Shown here one piece after another: positions 37,228 through 50,842 of a DNA stretch of 64,000 nt (position 1 is the stretch's first letter; every line of letters starts with the position of its first letter). The notes beneath the pieces were generated by a model that did not search any database, was not told the DNA's origin, and worked only from the letters and a program-made list of their open reading frames with translations. Origin of the DNA: Octopus vulgaris (taxonomy: Eukaryota); assembly GCA_951406725.2 (NCBI GenBank), contig OX597817.1, forward strand, positions 139,376,001 to 139,440,000, written 5' to 3'. The translations under genes and the position numbers were made by a program.

Positions 37228-37740
37228 GTATGCTCCACTGGATGTGCAATGTCAGTGTGCATGTATGACCGAGTGTAAGCCTCTTGAGAGAAAAGCTGGG
37301 CATAAGAGGCATCAGATGTGATGTGCAAGAGAGACGACTAGACTGGTCATGTGATGCATTTGAACGAGGACAGCTGTATGAAGAAGTGCTGATCTCTAAC
37401 TGTGGAGAGGATCTTTGGAAGGGATAGACCCAGGAAGACTTGGGATGAGGTGGCAAAGCATGATCTTCAAAGTAGGGCCTTACGGTGGCAGTTGCAAGTT
37501 ATCATGACCTTTGACAGTTTGCTGTGCTTAAGAAGACTCACCAAGCCAAGGGAAATCACATTTGTGGCCGGCGCTGGTGGCACATACAAAGGCACCCACG
37601 ACACTCTCAGAGTGGCTGGCATCCAGCTGTAGAAACCAAGCCAAAATCAGACTGGAACCTGGTGCCGCTCTCTAGCTTACCAGGTCCAGTCAAACCGTCT
37701 GACCCATACCAGCATGGAAAATGAATGCTAAATGATGATA
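37228..37740 (+). mobile_element. RTE LINE 3' fragment
   Basis: SMLHWMCNVSV..LREKLGIRGIRCDVQERRL..DRPRKTWDEV, then the 3' UTR. Confidence 0.85.
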
Positions 37741-38740
37741 TGACAGGTTTCTTTCAGTTTTCACACGTAAAAAGCACCCACTACACTCATAGAGTGGTTG
37801 GCGTTAGGAAGGGCATCCAGCTGTAGAAACACTGCCAGATCAGACTGGAGCCTGGTGCAGCCTCCTGGCTTCCCAGAACCCGGTCGAACCGTCCAACCCA
37901 TGCTAGCATGGAAAGCGGATGTTAATCGATGATGATAATGATAATGAAATCCACTCTCAAGGCTTTGGTTGGTCGAAGGCTATAACGAGACATTTTCTCA
38001 AGGTGTCATGTAGTGGGACTGAACCTGGAACCCTGTGATTGGCGAGCAAACTTCTTAACCTCATAACTATGCCTCTGCCTATCACCCAGTATTAAACATT
38101 AATTCTTCATCTAAAATTCGTTAGTCAGGAAATGTGTTTGTATTTATAATTATTCTCTACTGATCTACTTAGCATTCCACTATGGTCAATAAGTATGAAC
38201 TCTACATAAAATATTGGCTATTTTCCCAGCTTTAAGTTTGTGTTTTTATTTTGCCAAGATTAATGGCACAGCGCCAGATTTTATTTTATATGAATGCTAA
38301 TATAATGATAGCTTTAGGTCTGTAACTCCAAATTGGAGACAGAATGTTCTGTCCCGAGGGAGCTCTTTAGTACATTCCTCCTCCCCCCACCCCCACTGCT
38401 TCCTATGAAACAAATAGTCAGGGCGATTGAATAGTTGTAATCACATTCTTCCTTTTTGAAAGTTAATTTCTTTATACATTTACTGTCCAACCCATGTCAG
38501 GATGGAAAACGGACGTTAAACGATGATAATGATGATGATGACATTTATGTCCTGTTTATTAAATTAATTGCTTTATTAAATGATGATGTTTTAGATAGAG
38601 CAGTCATTACTTAAAGATATATTTACCTTAACACATATCTACATAATGTAAACAGCCAGAACCCTATGAAATTGAAAAATATTTTGAACAAAGAAGAGAG
38701 TGAGATGGACTTTACCCTTGGATAGGCCCCACCCTTAGCT

Positions 38741-39062
38741 CAGTGGTTCCCAAACTTTTTCAAGTTGCTGCCCTCTCAACACCCAGGCCACATTCCTGGC
38801 ACACCCACCCCAACTGACCATCACAAACATAGACCTCTTTCTGAAGCAAATTCAATGCAACTGTATTTCACAAATAAAACTTAACCTAGTAAACCCATTA
38901 TTTTGTTATTTTTACATGAATATCTACCCCATTATCACCCAACTTTTTACATGAATCACTACCCCATTATCACCCCACTTTTCTTCAATTCCCCTCTGGA
39001 ACTTTCCACCACCACCCCACCACCCCGGGGGGAAGCAATACCGCCCACTTTGGGAATCACTG
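38741..39062. mobile_element. hAT (Charlie-type) MITE
   Basis: TIRs CAGTGGTTCCCAAA / TTTGGGAATCACTG; 8-bp TSD CCTTAGCT / CCTTAGAT. Confidence 0.88.
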
Positions 39063-41370
39063 CCTTAGATAAACCCTACCCATTGACCTAGTACATAAAT
39101 GCAGAGTTATGAAAGGTTTCCTATTAGCCAGAAGGCTCAAATATTTATCTTCGAGTCATAGTAAACATATAAGATATGTTGAACGTTTGTTTAGATCATT
39201 GGACTTCTTTTCCAGGTCATGGAACCTATAATCTGGTGTTCATTAATCAATATAAGTTTTTTTTTATTAATACAAACATGACTGTCTGTTTAAGAAGCTT
39301 GTCAACCCAAAGCTGTAATAGAAGACATTGGCTCAAGGTGCCATTCTGTGGGATTGAACCCTAGACCATGTGGTTAGGAATCAAGCTTCTTTACCACACA
39401 ACCAAGCTAAGCTTATATTTGTGTATGTGTGAGTCTGCATGTGTTTCTGTCTCCTTGTGTTACCATCATGTGATAGTTGTAAATGACTGTCACCATCATG
39501 CAAGCAGCATCTTTTATTGCCAATCTTCCATGAAAACATGTCTGGCCTTGAGGTAAAAATTTCCTTACTTGGAAATTTCAGAGTGGTTGGGATTAGGAAG
39601 GGCATCCTACCATAGAAACCTTGCCAAATTAGATTGGAACTTGATGCATCCACCTGGCTTAGCAGTTTTTAGTTAAACTGTCCAATCCATGCCAGCATGG
39701 ATTACTCTTGATGACGAAATATAAAGTTTGTCTTTATCAGACAAACCCACTTTCATAAGAGTTATAAGAAACACATGGCTTTGGGTTCAGTTCCACTGCA
39801 CAGTATATTAGGCAAATATCTTCTGTTTATAGTCCTGGGCCAATCAAAGCCTTGTAAATGGATTTTGATAGACGGAAACTGAAATGAAACCTTTTGTCTG
39901 AGTGTGTAAGAGAGAAAACATTATTGAAATATTTTCATTTTTAAAGTTAGCCTTGTGTTTGTGTATGTTTGTGTGTTGGTAAGTCTGTGTCTTTGTTCTA
40001 TATATGTGTGTGTGTTTATACATGTGTGTGAATATCTCTTTCACTTCTGTCATAAATTATCAATTAAAAAAATATTGTTTTTAACTATGTTTGCTAGATC
40101 TCTCATCAATTAGCACCAAAGTGAAGTGCTCCTTTTTCAGGCTGTCTATGTAGACTAGATCATTGACAAATAGGAGCTCCCTTTGGACCATCTAGTCTTC
40201 AACTCCTCCCTTGATGGTCTGTTAGATTAATAGGATCTTGATCAATTCTTACCTTCACACTAAAATCAGCTTTGCAATCATTGTTTGTTGCTTCTCACTC
40301 GTCTCGTCTTGGCCTATTCTGTCACAAATCAATTGGACTGTGGCTCCCTCTACGACCCATATAACCTAGCTTGGTGGTCTGATTCTGCTGTAGTTGCCCT
40401 CTTAGCAATTTACAATGACATTGGTGGCACGTAAAAAGCACCCACTACACTCTCGGAGTGGTTGGCGTTAGGAAGGGCATCCAGTTGTAGAAACTGCCAG
40501 ATCAAGATTGGAGCCTGGTGCAGCCATCTGGTTTGCCAGTCCTCAGTCAAAATCGTCCAACCCATGCTAGCATGGAAAGCGGACGTTAAACGATGATGAT
40601 GATTGCCACACCGGTCATTGGGTATGACCCCTTCCTACATGATTTGATTTACTACCCTGGTGGTCATTGTGTATCCTACCTTACCAGATATTTTGAGAAT
40701 CTTTGCAACAATCGTTGATGGACCTGCATCCACAAAATTAAACTTAGCAAAGTCGAAAATCTTCATTGGTAGAACCCTGCTACCATCAGGAACATGGCCA
40801 TTCTTGACATACAGAACAAAAACAGGTTAGAATTCCCAATGGTGTACATAATGTAAATTATGGCTACCCAGGGGGTACAGTGGGGTTACAAAATGGGCTA
40901 ACAGAGAACTTGGTCTTTATCAGACAAACCCACTTTCATAAGAGTTATAAGAAACAAAAGTTTTGTGATTAATGTTTGTTTTTCCACTAAGGTTTAAAAA
41001 GAAAAGTGTCCAGTTTACTTTGTATGGGCATCAGGTCCAATATAATTTTTCAGTTGCTTTGATTTCAACAAATTTTTCAGGAAAAGCAACTTTTGATTTG
41101 TATTTCAGATAAACTTTACTGAGATCATCACCATCATCATCATCATCATTTAACATCCTCTTTCCATGCTGGCATAGGTTGGACAGTTCGACTGAAGACT
41201 GGTGAGCCGGAAGGCTGCACCATTTTCTGATTTTCATTTTGAGTCTAAAGATGACAGACGAACTGTAAAAACGTTGTTCAGTTTAATAAACAATGTCATT
41301 ATCCTGCCACTCATTATCATTCAGCATCCATTTTTCCTTGCTTGTACGGGTCAGATGGAATTTGTTGAGG

Positions 41371-41729
41371 CAGGTTTTCTAGGGCTGGATGCCCCTCCTG
41401 TTGCCAACCCTCACCTGTTTCCAAGTGAAGTAATATTTCTCCCCCTGGGCCAGACATGATTTTCTAGAATATTGAAAATAAATGACACTGTTTCCATACT
41501 AGTGATTCTCGTTTACAACTATCACATGCGACACACACGCGCACACACACAGGTTTTCTAGGGATGGATGCCCCTCCTGTTGCCAACCCTCACCTGTTTC
41601 CAAGTGAAGTAATATTTCTCCCCCTGGGCCAGACATGATTTTCTAGAATATTGAAAATAAATGACAGTTTCCATACCAGTGATTCTCGTTTACAACTATC
41701 ACATGCGACACACACACACACACACACAC
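41371..41729. repeat. Local ~180-bp tandem duplication of a SINE segment
   Basis: 41371-41549 and 41550-41729 are nearly identical and joined at a (CA)n tract. Confidence 0.9.
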
Positions 41730-41989
41730 ATTATAACAGGCTTCTTTCAGTTTCTGTCTCCCAAATCCACTCAGCCTGGAGCTATAGTAGAAGACACTGG
41801 TCTTAAGTGTCATGCAATGAGACTGAACCTAGAATCATGTGGTTGAGGAGCAAACATCTTACCACACAGCTATGCCTCTGCCTGTTATAGAGCATACAAG
41901 GCTCTTCTTATTTGTGTAATTACTTTCATGAAGAGTTATGTCGCTCTTCATCAATTATTATTATTATTATTGCCATCAAAGTGACACTG

Positions 41990-42680
41990 AGGTGCATGAC
42001 TGTGTTTGTATGATTATGTGATGCACATGGACAAGGACAGCTGTGTAAAGAAATGCCGATCTCTAACTGTGGAGGGAACCTATGGTAGAGATAGACCCAG
42101 GAAGACATGGGACGAAGTGATGATTTTTGAACTTTGAGTCTCACAGAGGCAATGACTAGTGACTGAGACCTTTGGTGATATGCTATGCTTGACAAGACCC
42201 GTCAAGCCAAGTGAAATCGTTGTCATGGCTAATGTTGGTATCACACAACTGGCACCCATGCTAGTGGCATGTAAAGAACACCATTTGAGCATTGGGCCTC
42301 CTGGAGGCAAAGTGGCTGGGTTCTTTTCGAGCTTTGGGCCTCCTGGAGGCAAAGAGGCTGAGTTCCTTTTGAGTTTCGGGCCTCATGGTCGCAATGACCG
42401 AGACCCTTGGTATTATGTCAGGCTTGAGAAGAAGACCCATCAAGCCAAACAAAATCTCATTCACGGCAGATATCAGTATCACACAAATGGCAACCATGCC
42501 AGTGGCACATAAAAGCACCCATTACTCTCTTTGAGTGGTTGGCGTTAAGTAGGGCATCCAGCCATAGAAAACCATGCCAAATCAGACTGGAGTCTGGTGC
42601 AGCCTTCCAGCATGCCAGCCCAGTCAAACTGTCCAACCCATGCCAGCATGGACAGTGGTCATTAAATGATGATCATGATT
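41990..42680 (+). mobile_element. RTE LINE 3' fragment
   Basis: MHMDKDSCVKKCRSLTVEGTYGRDRPRKTWDEV plus 3' UTR. Confidence 0.8.
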
Positions 42681-43338
42681 ATACCCATCATGACTACATG
42701 TCTGATAAGGGTACACCAGGCACATGCATCACAATCTTATGTGCACAACATGGTGATCTTAGATCAAGATAAAACTTCAGGTTGAGTGGTCCATCTTACT
42801 CAAACGGTCCCTGAATAAGGGTTGCTTAAGTATGTTGAATCAAAAATCCATGTTACCAAGGGTGAATTATTCAAACCCCAAAGAATTCCTTTCGACACAT
42901 GGCTATGATGCTCCCCCACTACTTCTGCTCGTGATCAGAGCGGCACATATCGTCAGCCACTAAGGGACATGCTCAACTGGTTATGGCCAAACAACTGACG
43001 AGCAGATCTGTGGTATTGAACAGAATATGTGCTGTAGCCCATCTATTATACCAAGACAAAACAATGTACATGATAACACTTCCAATCAGTTAAAATCAAG
43101 CCATAAGAGCCTCTGCCTGGTACTGTATCAGGGCATCTATTATTATTATTATTATCATCACTATTATTAATATTTATAGGACTGAGGTAACTCCTCCAAA
43201 GGTATAGAAGCAAAAATAGAAGAGTGCCATTGTTATCAAGTGAACGATATTTTGACATTGTTATCAAGTGAACGATATTTTGACATCGTTCACTTGATAA
43301 CAATGGCACTCTGCTATCATCATTATTATTATTATTAT

Positions 43339-43369
<31 letters not shown>

Positions 43370-43371
<2 letters not shown>

Positions 43372-44055
43372 CTGACAGTTTTGCTGCAGCTGCTCATGCA
43401 TTTGGGCTGATAGTCAGCATCAAGAAGTCTGGAGTTTTATTCCAACCAAAGCCTCAAGTAGAACATACTCAAGACTCAAATGTGATGATAGACAATGAGT
43501 CACTCAAATGAGTCAAGTCATTTAAATATCTTGAAAGTACAGTAAACTTTAAGATTACTCTTGACGTCGAAATCAATGTCAGAATATCTAAGGCTACAAA
43601 TGCTTTTGGAAAACTTTGCCATTGTTTGTGGGATGAACACAATAGCAGTCTGATAACTAAAATAAGTGCGTACAAATCGCGTATTTTGAGCACACTTTTG
43701 TACGAGGAAGAAGCATGGATTCTCAACTACAGACATATGAAGAAAATTGAGACCTTTCACACATGCTGTCTGCGTAATATCTGCAACATAAAACGGCAAG
43801 ATAGGACATCAAATGTCAAAATCTTAGAAAAATGTATTATCTCCATTATCCAAAGAATGCTGCTGAGAATCCACTGCAAATGGGTAGGACATGTTGATTG
43901 AATGAAAGACAACTGCATTCCAAAAATACTTGGCCAACAAGTGGAGGGATACCACAGTAAAGGAAGACCCCCTTCATTAGGTATAAGGATAAGTTGAAGC
44001 AATCCCTAAAATCTCTACAGCTTAACTTGACATCTTGGGAAAGCCATTGCCTAGA
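43370..44055 (+). mobile_element. RTE-BovB-like reverse transcriptase C-terminal fragment
   Basis: FAAAAHAFGLIVSIKK, FKYLES, RISKATNAFGKL, STLLYEEEAW, FHTCCLRNI, KWVGHV. Confidence 0.87.
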
Positions 44056-44780
44056 TTATTCATCATCATCATCATTTAACGTCCATTTTCCATGATGGCA
44101 TGGGTTGGATGCGTTGACTGAGGACTGGTGAGCCAGGGGGCGGCACCAGGCTCCAGTCTGATTTGGCAAGGTTTCTACAGCCGGATGCCCTTCCTAATGC
44201 TAGCCATTCCGAGTGCGTAGTGGGTGCTTTTTACATGCCACCAGCACAGGGGCCAGTCAGGGGTGGGGTGAGGGGAGAACTGGTCAAACCATGAAGTTAA
44301 TAAAGAAAGCCAAATAATTTTTGTCATTATTATTATTATTCATTATCATTATTTGTTTTGCAAATATCAAACATTTTTTTGCTTTTAGTGTACGTGGCTC
44401 AAAAATTTCAGTATTAATGAAAGATTACATAAATGAAACGAAAACCACAACTGGAATTGTTAATATTAATTCCACTAATTAGTATTTGCTATTTAGCTGT
44501 GGGTTATGAAGCATATTTGAAATAGTCTTTCCATATTTTCACTTGTGACTGACAGCAATAATTATATGAATTATCGTTAGTGGCCAGTTTAGAAACAATG
44601 ACTTTTTTTTTAACTAATTCAATTTGATATCTTTAAAATGTAACACACATGAACACACATTAATTATGCTTGATTAATTAGTTTCTTTAAAGTATTAATG
44701 CATTAGTGACCTGGATTCTAGTTAAACTGAAATATTTAGATTCATTTGCATGTGTGCACACACACACACACACATTTTGC

Positions 44781-44812
<32 letters not shown>

Positions 44813-44815
44813 TTA

Positions 44816-46066
44816 TTGGGTTAGCAACTAAGTTCCTGCAGTTTTTTTTAATTTAAATTTTTTAAAAGGTGTAATAATAAAGCTAACAACTAATTAATCA
44901 ATAACGTATTCACCCTTGTTATTTACAACTTCTTCCCAACGTTCAAAAAGATTTTCAATACCTCGTTGGTAGAAATCACCTGATTTCAATCGATAAATTG
45001 ATCCAACCAAGCTCTCAATTCTGCATCAGTATTGTACGAAACTTTGTGCTCCGTGCATAGCATTTAAAAGGGATCGAATGGGGTGGAAATCCATTGGTGC
45101 CAAATCAGGAGAGTACAGCAGGTGTGGCAGCACTTCCCAGCCATGCATTTGAATGGCTTCCTTTGTGATATTGGCGATATGAGGGCGGGCATTGTCATGC
45201 AGCAGAAGAACTCCATGCTGCCAATTATGTCTTTTTACTTGAATAGCCATGTTGAGTCATTCCATCTGTTGAACATAGAGTTCCGTGTTGACCGTTTGGT
45301 TCCATTCAAACAATTCATAATGGATAATCCCTTCCCAGTCCCACCATATGTACAACATCATTTTACACAGATGAAGATCTTGTTTCATGCACGGTGTCGC
45401 TTGTTTACCGTTGCTAAACCATTCCTTACACTGCTTCATATTGATGTACAGGCACCATTTTTTGTTGCCAGTAACAATTCGGTAAAGAAATCTTTCCTTG
45501 TGTCCATGAGTTGAGCGGTGACAAGCAAGCAAATCAGCGGAGATTGTGGCTTGTTGATTTTTGTTGTTGTCACTTAAAGCATGCAGAACCCTTGCCCCAT
45601 ACTTCTGAACCTTTCCCATCGAATGAAGATGCTTCTCTATAGCAGTGTGGGAGCATTCCATTTTTTCTGCCAGTTCCCTTGTCGTTTGATGAGAATTTTC
45701 GTGCAAAAGTTGGTTTAATCACTCTTCATCGAACTCAACTGGACGGCCAGAACAAGGTGCATCTTTGAGGTCAAAATTTCCATTTTTGAACTTGGCATAC
45801 CAATCACTAGCGGCTCTTCCAGCTATGTCACCCTCTCCATACACAGCACAAATGTCGTGAGCAGCTTTTGCGGCCTTAGAACCTTGATTAAAAGCAAAAA
45901 AAAGGAGGTGTCGAAAATGCTCATTTTTCTTGATATTCCATTTTAATGATCTGAAAATAAACAAAAATTAACAAAAATTAACTAGAAAAAAAATAGATTC
46001 CAAAATTTAAAACGCAATAAATTCCAAAGTTAAAAAAAAACAGCGGGAACTTGGTTGCCAACCCAA
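44816..46066 (-). mobile_element. Full-length decayed mariner (mellifera-like), 1251 bp, TA target
   Basis: TIRs TA|TTGGGTTAGCAACTAAGTTCC and GGAACTTGGTTGCCAACCCAA|TA. Transposase EHFRHLLFFAF, IVTGNKKW, WWDWEGIIHYEL, LHDNARPH, YSPDLAPMD with stops and frameshifts. Confidence 0.94.
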
Positions 46067-46076
46067 TATATGATGA

Positions 46077-46151
<75 letters not shown>

Positions 46152-47821
46152 TATGTGGATAGTTGCATACATGTGCTTATTCATACGCCCCTACCCCACC
46201 TTTATAAATGCGTTTGCATTTCATTCTGTGTGTATAACTGACCTATTGCCTTTGGTGTTAAACTGTGATTGATTTTATATTTCTGATTGGTAATATTCTG
46301 TGAGAAGTTTGTAATCACAAGGTCACCAGTCTTGATGACCTGCCCAATATAACTGCTACAACATGCAGTGAAGAATTTTTTGGAAATGGTTCATAATTTT
46401 ATTTCTTTTCTTGGAAACTTGGTAACTATTGAGAGAAAGAGAGAGAGAGATGTAGACAGACTATGAAAAATGTTAATTTGTGTCTTGAGGTGTATTCATG
46501 GTGTTCAGAGAAGGTTTCTCTCCTTCTACTGTTTTACCATTCTGATGTTAAAAGTAGAATCTCTGTAGAGATGGGCTGGTGCCTGGTGACAGACACGTGC
46601 CTCAGTGCAAAAACAGAGCAACTTGATGTTGTTGTTGTTAGATAAGAATAATGTCTGTAGATGAATGATATATGTTACAGGTAAAAATAAGTTTAGAGGG
46701 TGTGTATAGAAATCTTAGCCGTTAACTAAATCGGGTTTGTTGTTGTTGGTTGTATTGGCAGTATGGTTAGGGCAGCAGACAAAGTTGTCGAACAATGTTT
46801 AGTTGCAGATCTTTACATTCTAAGTTCAAATCTCTGGTGTTGACTTTGGATTGCTTTTTTCTAGTATTAACAAAATAGGTACCAGTTATTCACTGGGGTT
46901 TATTTAATGTATCTATGTAAGAAATTATCACTTTTATCATCATCATTATAAGTTTTTCTTCCTTCAGTTTTGTTTCCTGTTCTTACACCCAAGGCAAAGA
47001 AACTCACTGCTCACACTGATAGGCAGTCAAATAAACACACCAGGTTGTTCGTTTACAAAAAAAATAATAAAGTTATGCTGAAAAAAATTACTTACATGGA
47101 TAGTAACCATTCTCACAAAGAAATTAATTATTGATGTTGTAATTGATGAGCCGCTAAATGCTAATTTGATAAGCAAGATTGTTATCCTGGTGTTTGGTAC
47201 CTACAAGTCTCTTCAGATCTCAAGAGTCTTTTTTTGGGGTTCTTGCAGAACACAGGATGATACTTTTTCTGCAGGTTGACAACAGGAATCTCAATACCGA
47301 TATCATTTGGTGTTGAGTTGGCAGAAGCGTTTCGTCTGTCTTCACATTCTGAGTTCAAATTCTGCTGAGGTCGACTTTGCTTTTCATCCTTTCGGGGTCA
47401 ATGAAATAAGTACCAGTTACGCACTGGGGGTTGATGTAATCGACTATCCCTCCTCCCCCAAATTTCAAGTCTTCTGCCTTCAATAGAGAGGATTATCATC
47501 ATCATGAAGACAAGCTGGCAGGGTCCATTAGCACACTTAATGGCATTTCGTCCATCTTTGCTCTTTGAGTTCACATTTTACTAAGGTCAACTTTACCTTT
47601 TATTCCAGTTGGTGGTCAATAACATTAGAACCAGTTCATCTCTGGTGTGTATGTTATCGACTTAACCTCTCCCCCAAACTTGCTGGCCTAGTGCCGGAAT
47701 TTGAAACCATTATTACCACCAACATTAATTGAATTTTTGTCTTGTCAAAAAGTATACTCATCATCATTGTCATCATTACCTGCCATCGTTACATTTGACA
47801 AACTTTCTTGATTGTTTATAG

Positions 47822-47912
47822 GTTATGGAATAAAGAATCCCCCTCGGGGAAGTTACGCTGTATCATTAGACGAGTGACCAACCAGAAAGGAGAAGAAAAG
47901 GATTTTATTGAG
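47822..47912 (+). CDS. APEH: APEH exon 3 (ELWNKESPSGKLRCIIRRVTNQKGEEKDFIE)
   Basis: Acceptor TTGTTTATAG, donor GAG|GTGAAT, 91 nt. Matches ELLSRESPSG...GEEKQFLE. Too short for the ORF track. Confidence 0.94.
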
Positions 47913-49355
47913 GTGAATATGGGATGGTTTTTTAAAGTTTTTGTGCCACTACCAAATAAAGTTTAAAATAACCTGTTATTTGTTCATTTGGATCATTACC
48001 TGATTCTAATTGATTCTAATTAGAATAAAGGGTGTCTTAACTTCCATTGTCCTTCAGGTGTTACTAAAAGTTCTGTTAAGTGATAGTGATGGAGGCAGCA
48101 GCGTTCTTCCACTCAAACCAGAGTAATGATGGAATTCTTTCAGCTTCCATCTACTAAATCTATTCACAAGGTTTTGGTTGGCCTAAGACTACAGTGGAAG
48201 ACACTTGCCCAAAGTGCCATGCAATGGGACTGAACCCCAAACCACATGGTTGAGAAGCAAGCTTCTCACCACACAGCTACACCTGTACCTTTGGTGAATG
48301 TAATGGGTTTAGTACATTTCTCTGTTTCAAAGACAAGGAATTTGGGGTTAATAGATCCAGCATTTGAAGCTATCATAATTTATTATGGTGGAATCAGATT
48401 CTTTATCATCAGCTATTCCAGTCTAGACTGTCTTCAAGAAAAAAAACCTAGACCTTTATCAATTTACAACCTGTAACCTACAACTGAGCCATGATCTCCA
48501 TCCAACAGCTATTCCAGCATTCTCTATTCCTCTATTTATACCTCAATAAATTTCATTGATCAACCTACTTCAGTTATGGATCAGCAGCAAGAATCAATTT
48601 GATGAACTTTGTTTACAAATCAACAAGAATCATTTGGATTAAAAACCAAAATATAAAGAATCATACATTCAGTTTGTTGTCTGCTGCAAAATTTAGCTGA
48701 CCATATTCTGTCAGTTCCAATGACACTTCCACAGGTTACAAACTCTATTGGTTTTCTCTTTGACAGCATCATCATCCTCGTTTAACGTCCATTTTCCATG
48801 CTAGCATGGGTTGGACAGTTCGACCAGGGTCTGGGAAGCCAGGAGGCTGCACCAGGCTCCAGTCTGATCTGGCAGTGTTTATACAGCTGGATGCCCTTCC
48901 TAACGCCAACCACTACGTGAGTGTAGTGGGTGCTTTTTATGTGCCACCGGCACAGGGGCCAGGTGAGGCTGGCAAACGGCTACGGTCGGTTGGTGCTTTT
49001 ACGTGTGACCGACACGGACACCAGTCAGACGGTGCTGGCAACTGCCACGTTTGGATGGTGCTTTTAACGTGTCACCAGCACGGGTATCTTAACTACAATT
49101 TCCATTTGATTTTCATTTTGATGTTGGTATTTTTTTTAATTCCCAACTCCTAGATTATCAGCCAACCCCACATCTGCCAAACATAAATGAACAGTCATCA
49201 CACAAAACCACTGTGTCTGGTTTCTCATTCAAATGTCTTCTTAGTTCCAGACCAGAAAATTGGAATCTTTCTGTCTTTGTTTTTTCTATTCTATTATTTT
49301 GTTGCAACCATACAAGTGTGGCTATTTGTCTTAAATACCAATTTTAATTCTTTTA

Positions 49356-50676
49356 TCCTACTATAATTGGCCTTATGTTCATCCATCTGTCCGTGACCTT
49401 TACACGGCCAAACAACTGGTCACGCTTGCATGAAACTTGGCAGTCTTACCAAGGATGCCTCGAGAATGGTTTATATCAGGTTTAAAAGGTTTTATTGGAA
49501 AGACTTGCTACATTTGATTCCTATGAAACTAAGGAAGCCATTTCTGTATACATAAATAAAAATGAATTATACGGAAATCGGCCACAGTAACAAAACAGAT
49601 ACAAAAACCAAAATGGCATTTATGGAAGTTCAAGCAGTGCTTTCAGTTGTTCATTCATTATTATCTCTACAACGGTTCTGGGTGTTGTTGGGGCGTGCGA
49701 CACGCAAAGTGTGTGAGACACACAGACAAACAGAGACAGAAAGAGACAAAGAAACAGAGAGAAAGACACATTGTGTGTGTGTGTGCATTTTCTTTTACCC
49801 CATCAACACATTGATGGGATGTGTGTGACAGAGAGAGAGAGACAGACAGACAGAGAAAGAAAAAGACAGTGTGTGTGTGGTTCTTTTAACTTCATCAACA
49901 CAATTCCTCTACAACAATATCAATTTGGTTCAGCACCCAGGACAAAAAAATAAATTAAAGCAATACTGTTAATGACCACATGATTAACCACTTCCCAGGA
50001 GAAAGTTGACAATATCTAAGTTCAGACACTATAATCGATGGAAATTATCACCTGTATCCACAGGATTTCCTTAACAACTTGAATCCACTGGGACGACCTA
50101 TGCATGGGTTCTCACTGAAAAAGTACTGTCCTATAATGCTCCTATGAAATTTTGACCCTGCCAACGGACATTGCAACATAACAAGATACACTGTCATGCA
50201 ATTCAATTCTCACGTCATCGAAGCAGTGATAGCGATTGGCCCTCACAGTGGTAAGCACCTGTTCATACCTTGGATACCACTGGTACCCTCCAACAATCAG
50301 TTTCCCTTCCAGTAATGATGCAGGCAGTTTCCTGTCAAACTAGCCTTCTCATTCACAGCTAACAAGTCTCAGGGCCAGATTTTAGATCGAGTTGGTGTGT
50401 TTCTGCTCACTCTGATGTTTGTACACTGCCACTTGTATGTCGCTATGAGCAGAGCAATGGACTCAGCTGATTTGAAAATTAGTGTTGATCAAACACAGAA
50501 TATCGTTTGCAAAGAGGTTTTTTAAATGTAATAATATCAAGAATATGTACTCTATAAAGCTATACATAAGTAGAATCAAAACCAACCATTATTTATATTT
50601 TATTACATTTCCCATGCCATACTTAAAGTGTTTTTATTTTCTATCATTTCCCATCTTAGATGGGTAGGTCTGCTAG
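49356..50676 (+). mobile_element. Internally deleted Helitron with PIF1-helicase C-terminal remnant
   Basis: Likely A|TC 5' end; YPQDFLNNL, GHCN.TR, RQFPVKLAFSFTANKSQGQ, LYVAMSR, NIVCKEVF (about 49965-50525); 3' hairpin CCCATC-TTA-GATGGG then CTAG|T. Confidence 0.88.
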
Positions 50677-50763
50677 TATTAATAAAATCTCAAATCTCTT
50701 GAATAACTTAAATATTCATAAACTTTGGAATATCTTTCATTATGTTCTCTGCAACTTTAACAG

Positions 50764-50842
50764 ATTTGGGAGAAAACACGGAAAATCTGGAATATTGATG
50801 CCCTCTCCAAGGAAATCCATGGGAAAATTTATGAACCTGATG
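50764..50842 (+). CDS. APEH: APEH exon 4 (IWEKTRKIWNIDALSKEIHGKIYEPD)
   Basis: Acceptor TTTAACAG, donor G|GTGAGT, 79 nt. Matches VWEKNRK...KHGPVYED. Confidence 0.94.

Noticed and set aside
46670-46692. Intronic AG|GT recursive-site candidates (TTACAG|GTAAAA; also 3913)
   Set aside because: Weak polypyrimidine tracts; expected by chance in long AT-rich introns.
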